Shown here: in pieces, positions 49,423 through 60,135 of the stretch | How positions within the stretch are numbered: the first letter of the stretch is position 1 | Layout: every line of letters starts with the position of its first letter | Assembly: GCF_000315625.1 (NCBI RefSeq) | Contig: NW_005434606.1 | Coordinates: forward strand, 185,154-249,153 | Origin: Guillardia theta CCMP2712 | Taxonomy: Eukaryota > Protista > Cryptophyta | Length of the DNA: 64,000 nt | Reading direction: 5' to 3' | Made by a program: the position numbers and the translations under genes | Notes under the pieces: generated by a model | Told to the model about the DNA's origin: nothing | Databases searched by the model: none | The model's input: the letters and a program-made list of their open reading frames with translations, nothing else

Positions 49423-51790
49423 CTACTGCTCCGCCTTCTCCAACTTGGTCACCGTCCACGATGGCTTCATGAACTCTCCCCTGTGGTCCTTGCCGATCGT
49501 CTCGAACGTGTCGACCTGGATGATTTTCTCCCTCAGCTCCTCAGCCGCGTTGATGAGCTTCTGCTCCTCCTCCGTCGGCTCGCGCTTCTCCTTGCGGCAC
49601 GCGCTCAAGACCTTGTCCGCATCGAACGCCAGCGTCACGGCCCTGGCGATCTGGTTGACCCTGTCGCTCTCCTTCTTGGACACAAACACGTTGTCAGTGA
49701 GCAGAGCGCGAACTTCAGTTGGGCAGGTGATCAGGTTCGACACGTCCCTCCTCAACGAGTCCTTGGCCGGGAAGTACTCACGGCCCCGGGGGAACGTCAG
49801 CACCCGCATCATCGGCCCGAGGCCAGGGATGGGGAAGTTAGAGAAGATCCCAAAGAAAGCCTCCTGGATCTTGTGGCAGCAATCCGCCATCGCGATGTCC
49901 AGAACCTTGCTGAGCCCCTTGACGTTCTTGTTGTTCTGATAGTACCACAGGCAGGCATACCCAATGTAGAGGTTGCTGAGAATGTCAGCATATCGCCCGG
50001 AGATGTACTCTGCTGTCTTCAGGCCTCCTCCCATCGTCATTCCAACATCTGAGCAGAAGGCGAAGTTTGCCGCGAGCCTGCTCATCTGAGCTTCGTAGTA
50101 CCCGGCGACATCATTTCCCTTGGGCTGGAACTGGACGGCAAGTCCACGAGAGATGCTGCTGCCCAAGTTGCTCATGGCGTGAACAATGATGTTCTTGAGC
50201 TCCTGGTTGAAACCGATGATGTCATCGCCCTTCTGGATGGACTCAATCAGCTTGAGGAGGTGGGGATGGGAGCGGTTCAGGCCCTGGCCGAAGATGATCA
50301 GAGATCGAGTCAAAGCATTGGCTCCCTCCACAGTGATAGCAATCGGCATAGCGCAGTAGGCAGTGGCCAAGTAGTTGGATGGTCCCTTGATGATTCCGGC
50401 GCCCCCAATAACGTCCATGGCCTCGTTGACAGCCTCTCGACCTCGCTCAGTGCAGTAAGCCTTCATGATGGCAGACAGCACGGGGGGCTTGTCTCCTTCA
50501 GCAAGGATCGCATCGAACAAGTGCTGGCCAGCAACGCACTGATACGTGTTCCTAGCGATGACTGCAAGCTTCTCCTGGACGCCTTCCATATTGGCGATTG
50601 GCACCTTGAATTGCTTTCGGACTCGCGCGTATCCACCGACCTGACAGCGAAGTCATTCTCCTCCTTAGACCACAGTCATCAAGAGGTACCGCAAGGCATG
50701 ACAAACGGCCGCTAGAAACTGCCATGGCAGGCAGAGAAATACCACGTCCCTCTCCGAGGCATTCCACGAGCATGTTCCATCCATAACCTACCAAACTTGT
50801 CAAATCGCCTGATTTTAAAGGCTCAGCTTGCACGCTCACCAGTCTTGGCTTCTCCTCCAATGACGCAGGACATCGGGATGAAGACGTTGTCGCCCTGGAC
50901 GGTGCCGTTCATGAAAGCAGCGTTGAGCGGGTTGTGGCGAGCTCCAACTCTCAACCCCTTGATCCCTTCAGGAGCAAACTGGTTGGGCTCAGTGGGAAGA
51001 AGCGCGACTGTGATTCCCTCCTTGCCCTTCGTGAGGAGCTTGTTGGGATCCCTCAACTTGAACGCGAGTCCAACCACTGTAGCGACAGGTGCCAAGGTAA
51101 TGTAGCGTTTGCTGAAGCTTACACGCATTCCGAGCACACCGTTCTCCTGCACAACAACGCCTTCATCCTGCATAGAGCCAGCTGCATCAGATCCGTTGGG
51201 TGCTCCAGTAAGACCAAAGCATGGGATGTCAATGCCATGCGCAAGTCGGGGAAGGTAAAAATTCTGCTGCTCGGGAGTACCATAATGGTACAAAAGTTCA
51301 CCAGGACCGAGGGAGTTTGGCACCATGACAGTGACAGCAGCAGCTCCATTCCTTCCAGCAATCTTCTCAACAACGCGAGCATGGCCGTGACCGCTGAAAC
51401 CCAAACCACCGTATTTCTTTGGGATGATCATACCCATGAACTTGTTCTCCCTGATGTAATTCCACACCTCCGGGGGAAGATTCTGGTCCTTGTCAATCTG
51501 GTGGCTATCCAGCATTTCACACAGGGCCTCGGTCTCGTTTTCAATGAAGGCTTGCTCCTCCGGGCTGATCTTGATCTTGTACTTCTCCATGAGCTTCTTG
51601 GTCGAAGGGTTTCCTTCAAAAAGCTCGCGGTCGAAGCAAACACTGCCGGAGTTCAACGCTGCTGCCTCCGTCTCTGAGATCTTTGGCATGACACTCTTTG
51701 CCAGAGTGTATGCAGGACCAATAAATCCTCTCTTCTGGAGTTTAGCAATGGCGTTGGCATAGAACACTTTCGCTCCCTGGAGCCAGAGTA
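49423..51790 (-). CDS. fadE: Long bacterial-type acyl-CoA dehydrogenase (FadE-like, with DUF1974-like C-terminus); 5' exon(s) probably extend to ~52120
   Basis: VMPKISETEAAALNSG, VMVPNSLGPGELL, CFGLTGAPNGSDAA, KRYITLAPVAT, GWNMLVECLGEGRGISLP and PIAITVEGANALTRSLIIFGQG; two short introns at ~50790-50835 and ~50640-50690. Confidence 0.92.
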
Positions 51791-51796
51791 TTAGGC

Positions 51797-51865
51797 ATAG
51801 GCAAAACAACCACAAACACCTATAATCACACATAGGCAAAACAACCACAAACACCTATAATCACA
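51797..51865 (+). repeat. ~34-bp tandem duplication in intron
   Basis: cataggcaaaacaaccacaaacacctataatcaca occurs twice. Confidence 0.9.
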
Positions 51866-53384
51866 ATGGATTGATCTTCTTACCATTGGAGAGAATCACA
51901 AGATATATCAAGACAACTTCTTTCCATCATATTTCCATGTTCATTTCACCGCCATAACGTCACATTGCTCTTCTCCTCTCACAGCAGAGCAGCAGGCGTG
52001 CGGGCACGCAGGTTTGACCAGCAACGTAGAGCAGCAAGACAAGAAAACACGGGCATTCACAGCATCGCATCAGAGGAGCAGGAAGCTAGCCGACAGAAAC
52101 ATGGACAGCGCTGTCGCTCATTCTCACCCGCGCTGATAGGGCGGCCGCGCCCTTCCTCGGTCCCTGCAGCATTCCCTCTCTTGCGCCCCGCCCCAACTCC
52201 TCCTCTCAAATAGGCGCACAGTATCCCTCCCAAAAGTTCTCATATTCATTAAAAGTTCATGATGTTCACCTGCAGCCGTAGACGATAGAGGAGGCATACC
52301 TCGATTCATTTATTCCTTTACTTATGAGATATCCCATCTATGAGGTAGAACCACCCAAGGGGTTCCATCCGGCCCTCGGAAAGTTCCTTGAGATTTATAG
52401 CTGAGGGGTTTTTTTTAAACCTGTTGGCCCCGGCCTTGTTAAAAACAAATCACTACGAGCATCCCTCTTCAACCTCTAAAGGCTCCTGCAAAAAAGTGTC
52501 CAAGCTGTATGTTGTTCTTTTTTTAATCTAAAAGTAGTTTATTAGTTACGTTGGGTGGCCGACAAACCTGGTACTGCCCCCCCGGTTCTTGTGCTTAAAA
52601 TATAATTTTCTGTCCCTACCAGCAGGCGTATAAAACAGATAAATTGTTTTATAAAGTATTTATAGAAATTATAAAAATCTAAAAATCATGTTATAACACA
52701 TGTAGATGTCCAACTACGGCAGGGAGTGGGGCCCAACGACCCCTCATAGCTATCCAGGGCTGGAGGCTGAAGTATTTCAAAACGTTTCATTAAATTTCCC
52801 ATATGCAAGGTAATTTTTGAAAATATCTCGTGCAAATCTGAACTGGAAGTGAACCCATAATGCCACACAGCCCGCCCCAGGTGGGTTTCTTCCAGGGGTA
52901 GTTCCTCTTTGACTTTGGGGGGTATGGAAGTCGGGTGGGTCAAAATTTTGGTTTGGCGTGGTAGAGCACCATGGCAGGAGGAGAGTTGATCATCGTGTCG
53001 ATGCGACAGATGAAGGGAACATGATGGTTACGACAGAAGTCTTTCAGCTTGTATGGCCACAAGATTGCAGATTGTAGATATTCTTTGTTGATCCTATTCC
53101 ATTTTGAATCGCTGCCTGTCATAGCCAATCAGTGGGCCCACATTTATTTTTAAAATCACATATAGCATAGTACCGGTATTTTTGTGTGATATCTTCGGGG
53201 TACCTTTTCAGGAGGGGGTGGGTGAGTTTGCAGGAAATCGCAGTGGCAGCAAGGCGGCGACCAGGTTTAAGGATGATTAACTCAGCCTGTGCAATGATGA
53301 CAATCGTGAAACCACCATAGCCTATCAGGAAATTGTAAAATCTATATCATGGTATCAATCATTTGAATGTCATCGTAGCAGTGT

Positions 53385-53903
53385 TTAATATTTTCTACAA
53401 TACGTATTCTCTTTTTTCTGCTTGCAGCCAGCAATGCTACGCAATCCCCGGAACCGTTGCATATTACCTGTTAATCCTTCATCCCATTGCCCTGCTTTAG
53501 CATATACTCGCTTTCGATTGTTCTTCTGCGTACTACTGTCTGGCTCCACATCATTATCAGATCCATCCCGTGCATTGAAAGCTTCACTGGCGTGCGGTTT
53601 GCTCAGGACAATTCGCTTCTTCGAGTGCTCGTATACAGAAGGCAGGTGTGGATCCACCTTTTTAGATAATTCCATGCATGCCTGATTGAATTTTCTCAGA
53701 AAATCCTTCTTGTTCAGATGGCCGATCAAGGACCACAGATTCTCTACACTATCTGTGCACAGAGTTCGTGAATTGAAGTCAAACCCTAAACCCTCTCCGA
53801 GGGTAGCCAAGCCGCCTGGATCGTACGGTCTCTCAGCCCTTGTCATAATTGTGCACCCTGAAGCTGCAAGCTCTGAGAACTGATGGTGAGAGGCATCCGA
53901 CAT
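53385..53903 (-). CDS. Small hypothetical protein, weakly HSF/winged-helix-like, with basic tail
   Basis: ORF from MSDASHHQF; GFDFNSRTLC...LWSLIGHLNKKDFLRKFNQ...VYEH; KNNRKR NLS-like. Confidence 0.45.
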   Translation of the reverse strand: MSDASHHQFSELAASGCTIMTRAERPYDPGGLATLGEGLGFDFNSRTLCTDSVENLWSLIGHLNKKDFLRKFNQACMELSKKVDPHLPSVYEHSKKRIVLSKPHASEAFNARDGSDNDVEPDSSTQKNNRKRVYAKAGQWDEGLTGNMQRFRGLRSIAGCKQKKENTYCRKY

Positions 53904-54713
53904 CCTTGCTATGAGACTGAGAGGACGAGGGAGAAGGAGAAGGAGAAAGGGAGGGAGGGAGGGAGAGGGAGGGAGAGGGAGAGAGAGAGGTGGGGCTTGG
54001 GGGGAGGCGGGGTGGCGGGGGCTATCAACGGCACAGTGGCAGGACGATCTTGTGCTTGACTGCGGCTCGACTACGGCTGCCACACCGAGAACTTGTCAAC
54101 GTACACTACAAGACGTTGGAACAGCGGGCTGTCTGCTGTATGTACAACTCAACGAACATCCAGATCGAGACCACGACGAGAGCAGATGAAAGGGATCAAG
54201 GGCAAACCTGTCACACGGCTTGCTGGTGGTATTAAGGTTACAACAAGGGGGATGCATCAAGCTTCAAGTTGTCCTGGTTCTTCCCTGATTCGAGGTACCA
54301 GGGCGTTGAGGTCGTTGTCTTACCTCTCTGAGCGTTATTCTGCTTTCGACTTCACAACTCCCTCCTTGTGACAGCTCCGGCGGCTAAGCACCCTTTCCTC
54401 CTCCCTTTCTCCCCCTCCCGGCCGTCCTCGCTCTCACCAACCGCCTTGCTTCAGAGTCTATCGTGGCAAGAGCGTGTTCGCTTCCTGGCCCATTCTCAGG
54501 CTGCGGCAAGCAGTAGACTTCTCACCCTGCTATGGTCCAGGCTTTCGAGCTTCATTATGAGACGAGACCAGCACAAACCAAGCTCTCAAGTCCTCATAAT
54601 CGTTTCGTCATCGACCCAACGTTTCTCCTTCTCTCACCGGGATCTGCTTCTCCTCTAACGAGTCTAGCATCCCTCAGTTGCCTGCGTCTCTCAGCGATGA
54701 TCTCCCGGTTGCT

Positions 54714-57700
54714 TCATGGGTCCTCGTCACCCATATCGTCTTGCTGCATCGACGGTTCACTAAAAGGTTTTGTTGCCAGCCCGACCTCCATAAGTATCAG
54801 TATCCTGTGTCTTCGGCACTCCTTCTCTCCGCCTGACACCACAGTGTGCCATCCTGAGTATTTCACTAGGTCCATCGTCCAATGCAGAACCAACCACCTG
54901 TCACCTGCACGTTTCGGTAGGATATCCTCGGCATTGTACTCTGCCAGCGCCGGAGCCATGAACAACAGGAGGTCGTGCCCGCCGATGGCTAGTTTGTTCA
55001 CAAACTTCTTCAGCCGCGATTGACCAACTGCCTGTCTCCAGTTCTTAAACTCCGCTGCACCCCTCATGCTTCTCTGGCCTTCAGGACCGTGGACGGGGCC
55101 CGCAAACTGTCCGTCCCGTCTCCGCTTATCCATACATCGAATGTAGTACCCGAAAGCTTGATGGTTAGGTATCTCACCTTCACTGTCGCGTAAGGGGATC
55201 AGATTACAGAAGCACTGAGTCAAGACTTTACGGAACTCCTCCGCCGATGTTTCGTCCTTCACGGAACCAAGCACTTCCTTCACTTTGCTTCCCACTTCCC
55301 TTCCGCAATGATGGCTGAGGGTCGAAAGTATGTCCTCGGGTTCGGCCCAGCTCGCCAACATCACGACGACTGCTCCAAACGACTCCAGCAGGTTCCCGTC
55401 TTGCCGCAGCGCATCCACTGCTGTCGGATCATCCATGGGCTTGAGAGCGTCTCGGTGAATTCTCCTCAACACCTCAAGGCTCGAGATTCTTCCGAAAGGC
55501 CTCCCACCGCCAGCACAGATCGCGACAGTGATAGGATCTACCCAGCCTGGCGGGAACTTGCTGGTCAAATCGTTCAGTTCGATCCCATTCATCTCAATCT
55601 TGTCCTCGATCCGATGAAGTCGAATGATTGACTCAGAGCTGCCGCGTGCAGGTACTTGGCTCCTCGGCCAAGCATTGAGAAGACCAAAACCCTGCAAGAT
55701 GTGCGCCTGACACATGCTTTCGTGCGTTGCTATCTGAAACATACAGTACAACGATGCGTCCTTCAGATTTTTCTTGTCAGCTCGTACCATGGCCAACACT
55801 GGATTCGCTAGATCTCGAAACAAGGTCGCGCTGTCTTTTCCTTGTCCACCACACCCATACTTGAAGAATAGATGGCAAAGCAATGGGTTGACATTGTCGA
55901 GCAGCCCCCCAATCATCTCTTCCCCAAACACCTGCTTCAGGATATCACGCTGCTCATCAGACTGAAGGATCATCGGAGGAAGAGCTCGGTGGGTGATGCA
56001 CTTGATAGTCTCTTGGTTCTTCCCTCGGCTATTTGTCGTCTGCTGCAAAGCATTGTTGAAATTCATCACCAGAGTGTTGGTACCCAACATGATACAATGA
56101 AAGCCTGCATTACGAAGAATCCTCTTGAGGAACAACAACCTCCATATGGCGTTGGCCCGGCAGGGAATACCTTGATACCTCGGGATTGCTTCATCGACAA
56201 ACACCCACAGGTCCCCCTTCTGGGTCCACAGCTTTGCTTCCCCCACGCTCACCTTTCCTGGACCTTTCGTCTTGCCAAACAGGTATCCCAGAACCCCAAG
56301 GACATTCCAGCTCGGGGCCAGCACGTCGATCGTCAAGACTTGCTGCTCACATTTTGTTGGGTCAAGGAAATCGATCCTGCGATCACACGCCTGGAGATCG
56401 AGATCGATGGCTACATTCAAAAGATGCGAGATGCCTTGTACATTCAGATATAAGTCCTGTTCCTGGACGTATCCGAACAAGCAATAAAGTGAAGTCTTTG
56501 GATTTCGTACAAAGTAGTCTGCAGCACACAGCGACTTCCCGCTCCCCGAGCATGCCTCGATCATACAAGTAACAATCCCGGCTTCTTGTGTCGCGTTTGC
56601 TACTACTTTGTCGATGGGGTTCCTTTCGCTGAATGTACCAGTTCTTGATCCCAGCACTTGGTCTAAGTATTTCTTCAGGCTGTCAACCACTCCTTCCAGC
56701 GCAAAGCTATACTTGAGAGAGATCGCATCCAACACTGCAAAACACCCTTCAGAGCTTTGCCTTTTCAAACCACCTCAACGCTCAGCACGGCAGCACACAA
56801 TCTCAGCAAGTACAGGTTACCTGCCGTATCCGACCGCCAAGGCAAAGATGCACGAAACTCTGCAAGCTTGGATTCATTGACGCACACCGAGCGCTGCAAA
56901 TCATCTATCAAATGGGTCTGATTCTGGGTTTGCGCATGATGCAGCTTCGCCTTCGCGACCTCTACCTCCCCCCTCAGCTTCGCCTCCACGACCTCTACCT
57001 CCCCCTCATGCTTCGCCTCCGCGACCTCGACCTCCGCCGCCGCGATCCCCTCCCCAGCCTTTTTTGCTGCTGCAAGCTTCGCCTTCGCGACCCCTACTGC
57101 CCCCTTCTTCTTCGCCTCAGCCAGGTCTATCTCCCCATTCTTCATCTTCTCCGCAACCTCGACCTCCGCCGCCGCGATCCCCCATGCGTCCCCAGCCTTG
57201 TTCGCTGCTGCAAGCTTCGCCTTCGCGACCTCTACTCCCGCTGTCTTCTTCGCCTCCGCGACCTTTACTCCCCCCTCCTGCTTCGCCTCAGCCAGCTCGA
57301 CCTCCGCCTCCGCTATCAACATCACGTCCCCAGCCTTGTTCGCTGCTGCAAGCTTCGCCTTCGCGACCTCTACTCCCGCTGTCTTCTTCGCCTCCGCGAC
57401 CTTTACTCCCCCCTCCTGCTTCGCCTCAGCCAGCTCGACCTCCGCCTCCGCTATCAACATCACGTCCCCAGCCTTGTTCGCTGCTGCAAGCTTCGCCTTC
57501 GCGACCTCTACCCCCCGGTTCTGCTTCGCCTCCGCCAGCTTTACCTCCGCCGCTGCTATCACCCTCTGGTTCCCAGCCTCATTCGCCGCCTTCAGCTTAG
57601 CCTCTGCAACATCAATTTCTGCATACGCTATCTGCACGCTGTTTCCGCTTTTGCGCGCTTCTTCTAGTCTCGCCTTCGCCAGGTCTTCCTCTGACGCGGG

Positions 57701-57793
57701 GAGGTCCCTCCGGTTCCCACGAGCATTCAACGGGTTCAGCTCCGCCGTCAGCTCCGCTTCTTCTTGTTCAGCTGGGCTTTCAAACCCTTCCAA
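54714..57793 (-). CDS. Crinkler-like protein: helical-repeat header + P-loop NTPase + PD-(D/E)xK nuclease (~1020 aa, 2 exons)
   Basis: A 47-nt GT-AG intron at 56820-56774 joins the two ORFs in frame; Walker A ACSGSGKS, Walker B WVFVDE, IMLGTN, DGNLLE, RRDGQF...GAAEFKNW. No in-frame ATG at the 5' end. Confidence 0.72.
57187..57512 (+). repeat. 138-bp near-perfect coding tandem repeat (~2.4 copies)
   Basis: Units start at 57187, 57325 and 57463 and encode a 46-aa unit on the minus strand. Confidence 0.92.
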
Positions 57794-58269
57794 GCAACTT
57801 CCCTCAGCTTCCGAAATGATTTCAAGTTTCTTACAAAAGTTGGTTCAAGGGTCCCGCTCTTTTGGGCAATTAAAGATTAGAGTAAGGTGGGTCCGGTATA
57901 CTGTTTTAACAGTTAGGGCTCTGGTACAAATTTCATGTTAACAGTTAACCGTTTTTCAACGGTTTTCGTCTTCCTGTTAAAATCAGTTTTAATGGTTAAG
58001 TCTTTTAAACTTCAAATCCGATCAAATTTTTAAAAGCACCGCGATTGTTTCATCGCGGTTAGTTAAATTTAAAAGTCAGATTTTTAAACTCCCCTGGTGA
58101 GCCCCCCCCCGACCCGCCTTGGCTCCATGCTGCCCCTCCCGCACTGCGGCGGCACAAGTCGCCCCCAACGCGCTGATCATCAAGAGCAATGCTCCTCTTA
58201 CTGGGTTATGCTATGATACACATCGATAGCATCCAATCCACCGTAAAGTGCACTTTCTCAATGCATCAC

Positions 58270-59290
58270 GTTGAAAGATTTCACGTCAAGAGCCGATGTA
58301 TTGCTGCTGTCAATCGACTTGGATCATAGCTATCCAAGTTTATTCAGAAGCTAGCACTGATGATTCCAGGGATAGCAACAGGTCTCTCAGACGCGATGTC
58401 CTTCCGAGTTCGGAAATGTCGGCTCAAGGTGAACACCATTTTGCAGATGTGAAGCTGATGATGTCGCAAATTCTAATTTCCCAGTCGGTGTATTCAAACT
58501 TGGTATGTTTGTCTGACTTTACATCGTCAACGATGTGCATTGGTCATGGTTTTGAAAGCTATAGTTTGTCTGTAATAAAGTCATTCTTACCGAGCTCTTA
58601 TCATCGTTTAAACCCATGCCAGCTCACTTGTTTCAACTTAGAGATCTGTTCTGGTTGCCCTTGTGTTCGACATTGGCATCGGAAGCACCTTGATCTGCGT
58701 TCGGACTGCTATTTAAACTTGGAGCTTTCAATTCATACAAGCTGAAATTCCACACAAAATCGAGTTGTTCATGCTCATTCGCTGTAAACATCCGACTGAA
58801 GCATTCGAGTGAGCGATTGATGATTGTTTGGGCATTTTTGTTTCCGCTGAGCTCGACGCAGATTCAAAAAGTTGCGGTGCAGATTGATAGAATTAGCTAT
58901 GCCTACTGCATCAGAGCATGGTTCTTTTGATGACGAGTCATCACCTACACTGTGCAAGTCTTGCTTGACGAAAAGGTAGGATGTCGTGTTAAGATGTAGA
59001 GGAGGATGAGATGAAGATTGAGACTTGTCTCGACAAACTCTGATGCTTCTGAAGCCATTTCGAGTAAAGTACCGTTGAACTGTGCATTGTTTCGCACGCT
59101 TGCTCTTTGGTTTCTTGACGGGATCACTTTGTGTGACAACACTGGATCGAGAGATACTTGTAGGAAGTTTCCTAACAAAGGTGTGGGACCACACAGGCAG
59201 TTTCGAGGTCACGGTAGGAAGAGCACGAAACTTGTTCGTGGGAACGAATTTTGCTGGTGGGGGCCAGTTGTGTCCGACATTTTGCATGTT
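58270..59290 (-). CDS. Possible hypothetical basic protein
   Basis: ORF segment MQNVGHNWPPPAKF...YFTRNGFRSIRVCRD with downstream exon-like pieces. Confidence 0.3.
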
Positions 59291-59429
59291 CAGATCGGTA
59301 AGACTGAGATGCAGTGCGGTGCCAGTGACGCCTGGCACGTCGGATGAACTCGGTGACCGTGACGGTTTGGGCCCACTGCCGCTGGCAGGACGAGGTGCAG
59401 TGCATCTGATGACTTGAATCTTCAAGGCT

Positions 59430-60080
59430 TCGACCAGGCGTACAGTGTAGTACCGCAGGCTTCCTGGCGGCCTGGGCCTGGACTTGGGACTGGGAATCAT
59501 AGCGGCCTTCAACTACTTACCGTGTACTTCTGGCACTGCCGCAGTTTGATCGGCGCGGCCCGGGCGGCCACGGCCGCACTGCCGGCTGCTGGCGTCACTG
59601 ACTCGTGTCTCTGTGATCTGACTCAGTGACTCCATCCGATCATGACTCACTCAGCCGGCACGCCGGCGGCGCCGGGCAGTCACTAGTATGACCCGCCGGG
59701 GAGCCGGGAGCCTCGGTCAGTTCGGTCACGGTTCCGATCGGATCATCTGATCATCATGTGACTGGCGGGCCAGGCTGGCAAGCTGCCAGCCGGGCTGCCC
59801 TCAGAGGCCCCGGCGGGGCCCGGGGCCCGGGGGGGTCACCCGGCACGGTTCCGAACCGTTCAGGCTGCCGGCGGCCAACGGCGGCGGGGCCCAGGCAAGC
59901 GTGGCCTCGCCGCCGGGGCCGCCGCGGCGTCCGAGCCGGTGCCTCCGAGCCTACGGTCACCGGGCCGGGTCTTGCTCGCCGGGATCGGACTCGGGACTCG
60001 GACTACCGTGTGACTGGGCTCGGAGTCGGGGCGGTCGGGCCCGCGCGATTGGACTGTGACTGAACATAGAAAAGTTGACA
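59430..60080. other. GC/CpG-rich island between divergent genes
   Basis: Same vocabulary as the other islands. Confidence 0.7.
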
Positions 60081-60135
60081 GCACTGCCGGGTTCCAGGTC
60101 CGCCTCGTGTGTCTCTTCGCAACTGCGGCTCTCCA

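Noticed and set aside
49207-51762. Long + strand ORFs opposite fadE (likewise 56912-57941 opposite the repeat gene)
   Set aside because: Antisense shadows of codon-biased genes.
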